Below, piece by piece: positions 24,549 through 37,952 of a DNA stretch of 64,000 nt. The first letter of the stretch is position 1; the number at the start of each line of letters is the position of its first letter. A program made the position numbers and the translations under genes. The notes under the pieces were generated by a model that had not been told where the DNA came from, made no database searches, and saw only the letters and a list, made by a program, of their open reading frames with translations. Source of the stretch: Eledone cirrhosa (taxonomy: Eukaryota); contig OZ024743.1 in the NCBI GenBank assembly GCA_964016885.1, positions 372,000,001 to 372,064,000 of the forward strand, given 5' to 3'.

Positions 24549-27500
24549 CTAGCAGTTTAGCCCGGCATTGCTCGGGATTGTTCATTTGCTATGAAAAGTT
24601 ACATACAGGTAAACGTGGCTTGAAAGCGAATAAGTTTATCAATTAAGTGCATAAAGCAGTTGAACCGGTTATTAAAAGTTACGAACCAATTAGCATTTTG
24701 GACAATCAATGATGAGTTAATAATCTTCCAATAGCAAATTTAGCAGACCAAAGTTGCAAGATGGTGGCCCTGATGCCGCTGGGTGTCAGATCTGTCCGCC
24801 ATGGGTGACTCTAACAGGAAATAGTTTTCCAGACATCATAGCTCCAACACCTCCAACACCTGCACCAACATCTATAGCACCTCTTTGTAGACGATATTGA
24901 GGAGTGTAAACAAAAAGTCCATTCCTGCTCCCTACGCGGGAACAGGCAACATAAAGTTGGCCATGGGAGAAGCAAGGCTCCCCCAAACATATGCCCGCCA
25001 CCGACAATGTTTGCCCTTGTGACTTGTTAATGGACATGGAAAAACATGGTCTCACCGGGAATTGGGATCGCCGGAAATTGAACGGAATATCTGACACCGA
25101 GTGGAAAAAGTTCATCCTTGGAATGAAAACATTATCCCCTCTCCCGCACCCCATTACAATGGTGGTCTCAATCAAGTGGGGCGTCAGTGACTTGACAACC
25201 ATGCGAGTACCGTTGCACTGCTTTGGTGGACGCAAGTTCTTTATTAGCATAATGGGACAGCCAACCCTAAGCTTAAGAATGTGAGGTGGGAGCTCTGGGG
25301 GCTCAAGGGAATTTAATAACTCAACCGGATATTTAACAATATCGTCGGGGTCTGACGTCCAGTCGATAGATTTGAAGATGTTCTCTTTACTGGGAATCTT
25401 CTCAAGCAGGCAGCGTTTGCCGAAAATCTCCTGATAGCAGAAGAATTACGCCAACCATAGGAGCCATAGAATCCCTAATGTCTTTCAGAGTCCTGTCCAA
25501 TGCCTCAAGGGCACCCTTGTGTGCCATTGTGCACTCATCCCAACCAATGTGGCAACATTTTTTGAGAACCAGAGCTTCGTGTGAACTCTTGTTGATATTG
25601 CATGTTGGTGTCTCAGTTTTTACTAAATCCAAGGGGAGTTTAAAGGTTGAATGTGCTGTCCTGCCTCCCGGCAGCAAAGTAGCAGCGATCCCGGACGATG
25701 CAACGGCCAACGCAATTTTTTTCTCCTGATGAATCTTAGCAAGAATCAATTTCGTTACAAAAGTTTTTCCGGTATCCCCAGGAGCATCGAGAAAGTAAAC
25801 ACCCCCAGTCTGATTTTGAACCGCGTCAATGATAGTTAAATAGGCCAACCTTTGGTCCGACAGAAGTTTTGGCTCATTTTCCTCTAAGTATTGGGAAAGA
25901 GATTCGATGTCATATGCTGTTTCCCGCAACAAATCCGGGCCCAACGTGTTAGCTTCCTCTCTGACGTTTGACAGCAAGCCATACGTTGCCAATTCATTCC
26001 CACCCATGTCGAGGAGGGCATCCTCGATATCAATGAGTGCCCTATTGTAGATAATGTCGCTGTAACCAACGTCCACTGAAGGATACTGCAGATGAACCAG
26101 GCACAGGAGGTCCTCAGATATGAAGTCACTGTATTTGACCCATAAAGATTTGGGATCACCCAATTCACACTTTTGAAGCAAAATGGCAAAGAGTTCTCGT
26201 AGACTTTTAGGTGATTTCAACAAACACCCTCTGCTAAAGTGGATTCCCATTGCGAATCATCTTCCAAAAGACCACGCTTAAAGCAGGCTTCCCGGTACGT
26301 ATCACATATTTCTCCATCAACAGTTTTGAGGTCCTGAAAACTTTGTGGGCCTACAACTTCATGCAGAAGAAGGCGGAGATGAAAGCATTCATGCTGACTT
26401 GGGGGCACAGTGTAAACCCTTCCAAGACAGCTGTCAAATTTTACACCAGGATGTCTTTCAACAGCCTGACCTGACTTTCTTCGCACCCAAGTGTTTTTTG
26501 ACCTGGGGGTACACAATTGTTTGCGCAAATGTATTGAACTGGCAAAGTTTGAAGAAATCCGTCAGAGTGGTCTCTTGCGGATCGGTGGCCAACTTGGCGG
26601 CGGTTTGGTCTGTAAAGTAAACCCTTTGCCCATTTTCCAAATGTACTGCAAGCTGTACTATGGCGGGGTGCCGTTGGTGTAGGAGTAAACCAAATAGGAG
26701 CCAAAAAACTTCATTGCTACTGGTGTACCGCCCCGCCAGGTATTCTGTGACCTCGTCCCTGCTATTTTCAGCTTGAAATGCGAACATCGCGGCATCAGAG
26801 CCCTTATTTATATATTTGTATATGTATTTTATCGACTTGACGGAGTTGCAAAACTCAACGTTGATGTGGGCGTTGAACATCTTCAAGAGAAGCGGGAAGT
26901 AAGGGACCACCCATCTATTGTCGACTTGAGCCCCCTTTACTGTTGTGGTGAAGCCACCGTTCTCGGGCCGTCTCCGCCTGTACAGGGGGTACCCATCGCC
27001 ACTAGTCTGAGTCTCGTCAACAAATTTTTTGGGGTATCCCTTACTGCACGACCCCCCTTTCAAACACGTGTGATGCTCATTATGACCCGACTCACACGGA
27101 CCATGTTAGCTTTGACGATGTCACGTAATTCCTGGTCAGTTGCTGGGTTAGGGATTTCAGCCGAAATGAAGCTGTCTATGGCATTTGAATTGATTTTATC
27201 AGCTAACCAAATCAAAATGTGAGCATGTGGCAGCCCTCGTTTTTGCCATTCGACGGTGAACATGTCACATTTTACAGCCCCAAATACCTGACCCTTTTTT
27301 ATTAAAGCCATGAGTTTAGCCAGTTTCAGTCTGAACACCCTGGCAATGAGGTCATGTCTGTTCGAATAATTTTGCCCAGGAAAAAGTTCACGGGTTACAT
27401 TCCGATTCATATGTCTATAGCATTAATCTGTTAATGCCCCAGAAAAGCCGTGCGTCAATACGGAAAGCTCCACTGCAGTGTTGTCATATAGGGAGTGAAG

Positions 27501-27840
27501 AGCGACAGAGAGAGAGTAAAGCAGTTAAATTATAGAGAGGGGTAATATACGGAACGCTCCATTTGATCATACACATTGTTTCTCTCGCTGCAGTGTTGTC
27601 ATATAGGGAGCGAAGAGCGACAGAGAGAGTAAAACAGTTAAATTATAGAGAGGGGGAATGATCATGATCGAATTTTGCCCTTATTGTTGATGGATTTGAA
27701 ATTTTTTTGCTTCATGACCTTTTTCTGACTAAAAGCAATAATTGTTCCGACTTTGAATAGAATCCGTTGGAAATTGTGGACGTGAATCCGTTACAAACCT
27801 TAACACACACATCCTCAGATTTATATATATATATATATAG
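24549..27840 (-). mobile_element. Helitron, internally deleted, both termini present
   Basis: EWQKRGLPHAHILIW, YIYKYINKG, GDTGKTF, DECTM, SINKSQGQT; 3' hairpin cccgagcaatgccggg then CTAG|T at 24549; 5' ctatatata..aaatctgaggatgtgtgtg end near 27840. Confidence 0.93.
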
Positions 27841-27987
27841 GCATGTACCAGTATCTGGGAGATATGAGGTTTGATTCCTTATAGTGGACCATGGTAACTT
27901 CTTTTTCAGTCTTTCATAAGCTATTTTATGATAATGATTATATATATATATATGTGTGTATATATATATATATATGTAGCAATATCC

Positions 27988-28039
27988 ATAGGTATGCTCA
28001 ATAGGTATGCTCAATAGGTATGCTCAATAGGTATGCTCA
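27988..28039. repeat. 13-bp tandem repeat x4
   Basis: ataggtatgctca x4. Confidence 0.9.
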
Positions 28040-28061
28040 ATTGGGAAAAGAGTACACAAAC

Positions 28062-28730
28062 TCTTTCCCATTTCTTCTCTGCTAAAATGTATCACTAGAG
28101 CTGATTCCAATTTTTCCAGCCATCCATCTAATCTACGAAGGTATTTTAGCCTACATATTGTCGTTAATATTATGATGTTCCCTGCTGTATTAGCGTTAAA
28201 TTTTCCCTGCTGTATTAGCGATAAATTTTCGAGGGTTTCTCTTAGTAGTTTTTCATGACGTTATTATTGTTAATTTTACTGATGTAGTATTAACTTATTA
28301 ACTTGGATATTTACCATGCGGTATTCTAATCCTATTGTATCTCTCTCAGTTATTTACCATGCAACCCTCAGTTCCTACCCCCCCCTCTCTATGCACTTCT
28401 TTAAGGCTACTACCCTGTCTTTAACCTAATTCATTCAATCTGAAAATATTGAAGAGATAAGACACTTTCCCATTCTTCTCTGCTAAAATGTATCACTAGA
28501 GCTGATTCCAATTTTTCCAGCCATCCATCTAATATACGAAGGTATTTTAGCCTACATATTGTCGTTAATATTATGATGTTCCCTGCTGTATTAGCGTTAA
28601 ATTTTCCCTGCTGTATTAGCGATAAATTTTCGAGGGTTTCTCTTAGTAGTTTTTCATGACGTTATTATTGTTAATTTTACTGATGTAGTATTAACTTGGA
28701 TATTTACCATGTGACCCTCAGTTCCTACCT
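28062..28730 (+). repeat. Direct duplication (~260-300 bp, ~400-bp period) upstream of the RTE ORF
   Basis: ttcttctctgctaaaatgtatcactagagctg...ttggatatttaccatg at ~28070-28318 and ~28473-28711. Confidence 0.9.
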
Positions 28731-28739
28731 CACAATTTC

Positions 28740-31700
28740 CCTCCCCCCCACCCCCACACACCACCATAGTCTATTCGACCAATCAAACCTAGCATGCCAT
28801 TTCCACTGCTGCTGCTACTACCTGCCTAACTAACTCTCTCCTCCTCTGGCGCATCCCAACACACCCTGCCATTACCCCACCACCACTGTTCTTCTAGCCC
28901 TCAATTTTCCCACCGTTATGGATGGATGAGCTGGGAATACACGAGCAACTCTGAATCAATAGATGAAATATGAATCTGCGAGCTACCAAGCACCCACGTG
29001 AAGCGCCAACCCAGAGACCCTCCCCTACGAGTGTCGACAAATGCCCAAAACTCCGAGTTGGTACCATCAATGTAGGCTCAATGAAAGGAAGAGCAGGAGA
29101 AATCGTAGAAATGCTAGAGCGAAAGGAAGTTGATGTATGCTGTGTGCAAGAGACTAGATGGAGAGGATGGTCTGCTAGAGTCCTTGTAGGAAAAAGCCAG
29201 TGCTACAAATTTTTCTGGGTGGGAAATGACGATCGGATGGGTGGTGTAGGTATACTATTAGCTGACAAGTGGGTAGATAAAGTAATCTCAGTGTACAGGG
29301 TAAATGCAAGAATCATTAAACTCAGACTAGTCCTGAATAAGACAATTACCACAATAATATCAGCTTACGCACCCCAATCGGGGCTGCCAGACGAACTTAA
29401 GGATAGGTTTTACGAGTCCCTAATACACACTACTGCTCTAACAGACGACAAGGACTTCCTAATCATTGCAGGAGATTTTAACGGACACGTAGGTAAACAC
29501 TGCGACGGCTTCAATAGAGTACATGGAGGCCATGGAGTTGGCACAAGAATGAGGAAGGATTCAGACTTCTAGAATTCTGCGACGCCAATGACATGTCGAT
29601 ATGTAACACAAACTTTAAAAAACCCGACAACCACCTGATCACCTATAGATCAGGGGAGCACTCTAGTCAGTTAGATTTTATCCTCATCAGAGGACGTGAC
29701 AGATGGACGGTCGTAAACACAAAAGCCTTCCCTAGTGAGGAATGTACATCCCAACATAGCTTAGTTGTCAGCGACCTCACGGTCAGAACTAGACGAGCCC
29801 TGAAACAGAGGCCAACCTGGAGAAGAAAGATCTGGAAGCTGAAAGTCCCCTCAACCAGTAACAGATTTAAAGATATTTTACTCAACGCCTACGACAGTAA
29901 AGAAGAACAGATAGAGACATTTAACGTAGAAGAGAACTGGGAGTTCCTAAAAAATAACTTACTAGAGGCGACGGATGAGGTTTGTGGCTGGAGTAAGACC
30001 TCAAGCAGGAGGAGAGTGACTTGGTGGTGGAACAATAAGGTAGATGAAGCAGTCAAGGCCAAGAGACAGGCATGGAAAGAATGGAAGAACGGGGGGAGCA
30101 GGGTACATTACATAGAGACCAAGAGGGAAGCTAGGCGACAAGTATACTTAGCTAGGAGGGAAGCAGAGGATAGAAAATTCAAGCATGTTTTACAACGTGA
30201 GGACCAGAAACAGGAGGTATTCAAGATTGCGAGGCAGTGTGTCAGAGATAGTTGTGATGTCATTGGAGAGAAGTGTATCCGGAATGATAAAGGTGAGCTT
30301 GCCCTCACAAGTGCTGAGAAGAAAGATGCATGGAAGAGTCATTATGATAGATTACTAAATGAGGAGAATGCATGGGAAGAAGAGACCCTACCCCACGTAG
30401 ACCCTATAGAGGGACCAGCAGTACAAGTCAGCGGCAGCGTAGTAAGTAAGGCAATCAGAGATATGAAGATAGGGAAGGCAACCGGTCCATCGGGTATAGC
30501 TGCCGAGATGCTGAAGGCATCTGGGTCTGTAGGTCACACTATAACCACACGTATCGTTAACCAGGTAATACTAGAGGGGGCCATACCAAAAGATTGGTGC
30601 AGTAGCATCATTGTCAACTGCTACAAAGGTAAAGGCGATGCACTAGATAGAGGAAACTATAGAGGTATAAAGTTGATGGACCAGGTCATGAAAGTAACAG
30701 AAAGAGTTATAGCACAGCTGATTAGGGACCGGGTGAATATAGACGAGATGCAATTTGGGTTTGTACCAGGGAAAGGCACCACTGATGCCCTCTTCCTTGT
30801 GAGGCAATTACAGGAAAAGTACCTAGCTAAAAGTAAGCCACTCTACTTGGCATTTGTCGACCTTGAGAAAGCCTTTGACAGAGTTCCACGTGCAGTAATC
30901 TGGTGGGCTCTTAGAAAACTAGGAGTAGATGAATGGCTTGTGAAAGCGGTACAAGCCATGTATAGGGGAGCAGTCAGCAAAGTTAGGATTGGCAATGAGT
31001 ATAGCGAGGAATTTAGCGTACAGGTTGGGGTCCACCAGGGCTCTGTTCTTAGCCCTCTCCTGTTCATCATAGTCCTGCAGGCAATAACGGAGGAGTTTAA
31101 GACCGGATGCCCATGGGAACTCCTGTATGCTGATGACCTCGCACTCATAGCTGAATCTATGGTAGAACTAGAGAATAAATTCCAAACCTGGAAGCAGGGA
31201 CTAGAGAGAAAGGGCCTCAAAGTCAACATGACAAAGACTAAGGTCCTTATAAGTAGACGAGAAAACAGAACCCAGATCCCCTCAGGGAAATGGCCTTGCT
31301 CAGTATGTAGGAAAGGTGTAGGTAGGAACTCCATTCTCTGCCCCAAATGCAAACAATGGGTACACAAGAGATGTAGCGGGATCTCAGGAAGCTTAATTAA
31401 GAATGTAGGATTCACATGCAGCAGCTGTGCTGAAACAGCAAGCAAACAGCCACAGGAAACAAGTACCACCAATCTCTGGGAGGGCCCTGTAGAAACAGTA
31501 GACAGCTTCTGCTACCTAGGTGACCGAATTAGCAACGGAGGTGGGTGCTCAGAAAGTACAATAACTAGGGTAAGAACGGGATGGAAGAAGTTTAGGGAAC
31601 TACTACCACTGCTAGCTGCAAAAGGCTTCTCCCTCAGAATGAAAGGCAGACTGTATGATGCGTGTATCCGAACAGCGATGTTGCATGGTAGTGAGACCTG

Positions 31701-32390
31701 GGCGCTGAAGGTGGAAGACTTACGTAGATTAGAGAGAAACGAAGCCTGCATGCTCCGATGGATGTGTAACAGTAATATACGTGAACGACAAAGCATAAAG
31801 GAATTGAGAGAGAGACTGAGCATAAGAGGAATCAAATGCTGCGTGCAGGAGAGGCGGTTACGCTGGTATGGACATGTGATGCGTATGAAGGATGACAGCT
31901 GCATAAAAAGGTGCAGAGCACTAGAAGTTGATGGAAACCGCGGAGTGGGGAGACCCAAGATGACTTGGGATGAGGTGATAAAAGCCGACCTTACCCAACT
32001 ACACCTCTCAAAGTCAATGACACACGACCGTGACTTCTGGCGTCACGCAGTAATACAGGGTACCCGACCTCCCATGGGTACACGCTGAAGCATATAAACA
32101 ATATGCCCCCCCCCCCCACCGCAAGGTGGTCGTGGAGGTGCCACGGCAAAAAAGCACCCAGCCCACACTGTAAAGTGGACGTGTAGGCGCCACGAAAAAG
32201 CACCCAGCACTCACTGTAAATGAGGTTGGTGTTAGGAAGGGCATCCAGCTGTAGAAATCAAGCCAGATCAGTTCCTGTATGAGCAAGGCATGGTCAGCCG
32301 ACCAGACACTGCCCACAACAGGACAACCCGTCTAACCCATGCTAGCGTGGAAGAACGGACGTAAAACGGTGATGATGATGATGATGATGA
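28740..32390 (+). mobile_element. Near full-length RTE LINE with (GAT)n tail
   Basis: ORF above plus 3' UTR ttaggaagggcatccagctgtagaaa...aacccatgctagc...gatgatgatg; 5' boundary approximate. Confidence 0.92.
28970..32088 (+). CDS. RTE-clade LINE ORF (APE endonuclease, RT, PHD-type finger) with a single frameshift at ~29548
   Basis: VCCVQETRW, AYAPQ, GDFNGHVG, QFGFVPG, FVDLEKAFD, QGSVLSP, LYADDL, CSVC..CPKC..HKRC..CSSC; ORFs 28970-29572 and 29593-32088 join if one A is added. Confidence 0.93.
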
Positions 32391-32519
32391 AACTCGTATA
32401 AGTGCCTGAAGAAAGGCCACTATTTTGATGCTTCTTGTTTTCTGGAGGTGTGGTCAAATTTGGGCCTATTTGGTAGCGCCTTTGTTCCGTGTATGACCAC
32501 AAATAAATAATATATATTG

Positions 32520-33760
32520 GCTATTTAAGACCGGCTCCGCATGGGAACTCCTGTACATGGATGATCTCACACCCATAGTGGAATCTATGGTGGAGCTAGA
32601 GAGGAAATTCCAAACATGGAAGCAGGGCCTAGAAAAAAGGGGTTTTAATGTCAACCTGACAAAGACTAAGGTTCTAGTAAGTAGAAGAGAAAACAACCCT
32701 GATCCCCTCAGGCAAATGGCCTTGCTTAGTATGTAGGTAGAAATGTGTAGGTAGAAATTCCATCCTCTGCCCCAAATGCAAACAATGGGTATTCAAGAGA
32801 TGTAGTGGGATCTCAGGAAGTTTAGCTAAAAATATAGCAGTTGCACCGGGACAGTAAGCAGCAAACAAACACAGGAAACAAGCACTATCAAATTCTGGGA
32901 AGGCTCGGTAGAAACAGTAGACAGTTTCTACTAACTGGGTGACCAAATTAGCAGCGGAGGTGGGTGTTCTGAAAGTATAGTAGCCTGGGTAAGTTTGGGA
33001 TGGAAGAAGTTCAAGGAGCTACTACCACTGCTAGCTACAAAAGGCTTTTCCCTCAAAATAAAAGACAGTCTGTATGATGCATGCATATGAACAACAATGT
33101 TGCATGGTAGTGAGACCTGGGCACTGTGTGCAGAAGATTTGCGTAGACTAGTAAGAAATGAAACTTGAATGCTCCTATGGATGTGTAATTGTGAACGGCA
33201 AAGCATAAACATACTGAGAGGGAAACTAGGCATAAGAAGAATAAGAAGCAGTGTGTAGGAGAGGAGATTGTGTCGGTATGGACATGGGATGCGTATGAAG
33301 GACAACAGCTGTATAAAAAGGTGCAGAGCGCTCAAAGCCGATGGAAGCCATGGAGTGGGGAGACCCAGGAAGACTTGGGATGAGGTGATAAAAGCTAATC
33401 TTGCCCAATTGCACTTCTCAAAGGTGATGACAGAGAACTGAGATCTCTGGCATTATGCAGTAATACAGAAGACCCATTATGCAGTAATACAGTAATACAG
33501 GTACAGGCCAAAGATGAAGCATACATATAATATGCACCACCCTACCACACATCTGCCATGAGGACAAGCTGAAGTATACATCCAGTGAAGCCTCCAGACC
33601 ACCCTGTAAAGTGGTCGTGATGGCGACACGGCAAAAAGTGCCTGGGCCACACTGTAAAGTGGTCGTGTAGGTGTCATGGAAAAAAGCACCTAGTGCACAC
33701 TGTAAAGTGGTCGTATACGTAAAAAAGCACTCAGCCCACACTGTAAAGTGGTTGTGGTGG
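32520..33760 (+). mobile_element. Decayed 5'-truncated RTE copy
   Basis: Paralog of 31095-32200 with stops; 3' UTR has repeated cacactgtaaagtggtcgt units. Confidence 0.88.
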
Positions 33761-34053
33761 TTTTATTTTTAATAAACTGTGATCATTGTAATCTTAGCAA
33801 CAAAGGAATAGAATCCTGATGGCACTCTTTTCTGGATTCTTCTTTGTCTTCAGAGAGATTTACTGCTTTGTTGCTAAGATAAAATACGATGAAAGCTTGT
33901 CTTTTTTTGCTTATGAATACCAGCTGATTATGCTCATTTACTTACAGTGCAAAAGCTGGCCAGCTTGAGTTGATATATGTGTGTATATAAACACACACAC
34001 ACGCACATGTATATAGACTATATAATGCATAGAAGAATAAATTATTTACTCAC

Positions 34054-34245
34054 CCTCCTAAATCAAAGAAACTTTCTTCAATGTCAATATTGCCAAGTTG
34101 TAAAACTGTCATCCAAATTTTAGCTAGTTTCTTCTCAGTGTCTGTTGTTGGGATACCATTTAGTTCACTGTTATCTAACAATTGGCTGTTGTACTCGGGT
34201 AGAGCTTTCCTATCAAGTTTCCCTGATGCTGGGACAACTGGAATA
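34054..34245 (-). CDS. NRPS-like A-T-R enzyme, exon 5 (A10 Lys plus start of carrier domain)
   Basis: ctcag|TATTCCA...TTAGGAGG|gtgagt; (S)IPVVPASGKLDRKALPEY...TDTEKKLAKIWMTVLQLGNIDIEESFFDLG(G). Confidence 0.95.
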
Positions 34246-34807
34246 CTGAGTTTGGTTAGAAAGCAAAAGTTTACAACATTTTATTTGTACACATAAACAC
34301 ACAACACATATACATGCACATACACACATGTACACAACACTCACATAAACACATACACACACATACATATATAAACACATACAGACATACATAACAAACA
34401 AGCCCACACACACAAACACATCTACACATAAATACTCATATATTCACACCCATATATACAAATGTACATAGTCATAAAAGCAGACACACATGCACTTGCA
34501 CAACACATGTGCTCAGATATACACACAAACAAACGGACACATCTACACATAAACACTTATACATCCAAACCCATGCATACGATTATACATACACATAGGC
34601 ACACAAACACAGACATACAAACACTACATGTGCACACATATACACACAAACAAGCATATTTACACTTTAGTACTCATTCATATACACACCCATACAAATA
34701 TACACACACATACAGTAGCAATCAAAATTAGAGAACGATAAATTAACTTTTCATTATTTTTCTTATTTGACAAACTTTTTACTTTAAAATTTGAAAGAAT
34801 ATTTGTA

Positions 34808-35937
34808 GTCAACCTGACAAAGATTAAGGTCCTCGTAAGTAGATGAGAAAACAGAACCAAGATCCCTTCAGGGAAATGGCCTTGTCACTATATATGAAAG
34901 GTGTAGGTAAGAACTCCATCCTCTGCCCCAAATGCAAACAATGGGTACACAAGAGATGTAGTGGGATCTCAGGAAGCTTAGCTATGAATGTAGGCTTTAC
35001 ATGTAGCAGCTGTGCTGGGACAGCAAGCATCAAACAGCCACAAGAAACAAGCACCACCAAACTCTGGGAGGGCTCTGGAGAAACAGTAGACAGCTTCTTC
35101 TACCTAGGCAACTGAATTAGCAGTGGAGGTGGATGTTCGGAAAGTACAGTAACCAGGGTAAGAACGGGATAGAAGAAGTTCAGGGAGCTACTGCAAAAGG
35201 CTTTTCCCTCAAAATGAAAAGCTGACTGTATGATGCGTGCATGCTAACAGCAATGTTATATGGTAGTGAGACCTGGGCATTGTGTGTAGAAGACATATAG
35301 ATTAGAAAGAAACGAAGCTTGCATGCTCTGATGGATGAGTATTAGTAATATACGCGAACAGCAAAGCATAAACGAATTGAGAGAGAGACTGAGCATAAGA
35401 GGAATTAAATGCTGTGTGCAGAAGAGGAGTTGCATTAGTATGGACATGTGATGGGTATGAAGGATGACAGCTGCATAAAAAGGTGCAGAGCACTAGAAGT
35501 CGATGGAAGCTGCGGAGTGGGGAGACTCAAGAAGACCTGGGATGAGGTGATAAAAGCCGACCTTACCCAATTGCACCTCTCAAAGGCGATGACGCAGGAC
35601 CGTGACCTTTGGCGTCATGCAGTAATACAGAAGACACGACTTCCCACAGGTACAAGCTGAAGCTGAAGCATATAGACAATATGCCCTCACCCCCTCCCAC
35701 TGCAAAAAAGCACCCAGCCTACACTGTAAAGGTCGTGTAGACGCCACGGAAAATAAGCACCCAGCACTGACTGTAAATGAGGTTGGTGTTAGGAAGGGCA
35801 TCCAGCTGTAGAAATCAAGCCAGAATCAGTTCTCATATGAGCAAGACAAGGTCAGCCGACCGGACACTGCCCATAACAGGACAACCCGTCTAACCCATGC
35901 TAGCATGGAAGAATGGATGTAAAATGATGATGATGAT
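34808..35937 (+). mobile_element. Decayed 5'-truncated RTE copy
   Basis: Paralog of 31222-32390 including the PHD-like segment, 3' UTR and (GAT)n tail. Confidence 0.9.
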
Positions 35938-36289
35938 ATCTGTCTTGTGCTAAAATATTTTCTAAATAATCAAGGATATAAGCAAGATATTAATGATATA
36001 CCTTTAATTTTGAAAAAAATACAGTGATCAAAATAAGAGAACTCTCCAGTGATCTTTTATATTTTAGGGTTTATCTAGATTCTAGATTTTCTAGAAATAT
36101 CTGGCAACGCTTGTCAACAGGGTCATGTTACCAGTATGTTCCATTTTCCTATCAACTCTCTCAAGATGTCAACCCACTCCAAGGTAACTGAAGCCCTCTG
36201 ACATAAAGTCATTCAGATGAAGAGTGATGGACTCTCTCTCTCGACCAATGGAAGGGAGTTAGCTGTTCTAAATGTGTCATAACGAGGAT

Positions 36290-36650
36290 ATTGAAATTGC
36301 ATAATGAAAACTATTCATTCACATCTATGAAGAAGGCTGACCATCCACATAAAACAAGTCAACGAGTGGACTGCATGATCCACAGAATGTCTATGGAGAA
36401 CTGCTTCAACATTGCAGCTGGAATATCTCAACAAATCAGCGCTAATTTGGGCAAGGAAGTGTACAGTCTCTCATCGTCTGGAAGAAGTTTGATTGAAAGC
36501 CCACTCCCTAGCGATCAAACCTCTTACCAACAATAAAAATAAAATTGCTAGACTTGCTTTTGTTGAGAAACATGTCGTGTGGAGTGAAAAAAACTGGTCC
36601 AAAATTCATTTTAGTGTTGAAAGCAAGTTTAATTTGGTTGGTTCCAATAT
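36290..36650 (+). pseudogene. Tc1-family transposase fragment
   Basis: Reads KIARLAFVEKHVVWSEKNWSKIHFSVESKFNLVGS, a decayed W..V.FSDESKF motif. Confidence 0.75.
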
Positions 36651-37114
36651 ATAATGGAATACTCCTATATTTTACCAGCGAAGATTCGAAACCGAATCTG
36701 AGGTTTCTCGCATCTGAGACCACCCATTGTAGAAGATTTCCTACCATTGTCCTGTCAAGTCAACGATGATAAACGTACATACCACTTGACCTCTGATCCC
36801 AGCTTCCTGGGAGACGATATCCACATGGCTGATCATAAATCACATCCTTCTAACTTTAGCACTATTTGTTCCTCATGAGATTGATAAAATAAATACCAGA
36901 CAAAAAGAATGGGGTCAATATTATCAACTATAGCCCTTAAAGGCAGCGTCCTAACTTGGTCATCCAGCTGTAGAAACCATGCTAAAATGGAATGTATGAG
37001 TAAAATGTACTCATTTGACCTGTCTAGTCTTAAACTGTGGCAACCCATCCAATTAATGACAGTATGGAAAACCAGCATAAAATGATGATGATAATGAATA
37101 AAGAAGCTACTGAC

Positions 37115-37311
37115 CTTTCCAGAAACAAGATGTATGATGGTATCATATAAAATGGTAACTTCTTCTTCAGCTGGTTTCTGATATCTTTACGAGTGACTTC
37201 ACAATTGGTAACCACATATGCTATGAGAAATTTGTCCTCTCCTTCATTCCCTTTCACCAATACAACACAGTTATTCACAAAACTCAGGGACATCAGAGAT
37301 GCTTCCACTGC
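37115..37311 (-). CDS. NRPS-like A-T-R enzyme, exon 4 (A subdomain)
   Basis: tttcag|GCAGTG...CTGGAAAG|gtcagt; AVEASLMSLSFVNNCVVLVKGNEGEDKFLIAYVV...LPFYMIPSYILFLE (A9 LPxYMIP). Confidence 0.95.
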
Positions 37312-37952
37312 CTGAAAAATATCAACCACAGAAACATGTTCATGATCATCAGCTTAATCATCATCATGACCACCACCACTACCACCAAGAAAAGAAAATA
37401 GTAGCAGATGAATTAAATGAAAAGAGGATGAGAAATGAATTAAATGTCTAAATCATTTTGTTGTGGAATCTTTATATATTTCAAAAATCATAAAACCCAT
37501 ACCTATATTTTATGGACAATCCCTTCCACTTTTCTACTATTAATAAGATATTAAACAAAACAAACATTGTTTTAGAGAGAAGATTTATTCATATTAAAAA
37601 AAGAAAAGTGATTTTGCAGAACCCCAGAACTTTTTCCATAGAACCCACTAGTTAAAATGTTTGAGATGGTTGTTAACAAGATTATAATATTTTGATTCAG
37701 TCAGTCTGATCTCCAACCATCATTAGGGTTTTTATTCCTGAAGGTTCACAAACTATATTCTCAACTGTAGTTTGTTACAATGTACACATTCAGAAATATA
37801 CATCTGATGAAGAGATTAAACCAATCATAACATAGAGTAGATGTAAATTATGAAAAGATCCTTCATATGTAAAGTGGAGCTTAATAATATGAAACATTTT
37901 AATCTTTTTAACAGATAAGTAATTTTTGAATCCTTAATTTTAGGACACTTAC

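Noticed and set aside
793-27410. Functional Helitron or Gypsy proteins
   Set aside because: Multiple frameshifts, stops, deletions and an inversion; these are pseudogenes.
30843-31958. Long antisense ORFs (209 and 148 aa)
   Set aside because: Shadow frames of the RTE ORF with no independent motifs.
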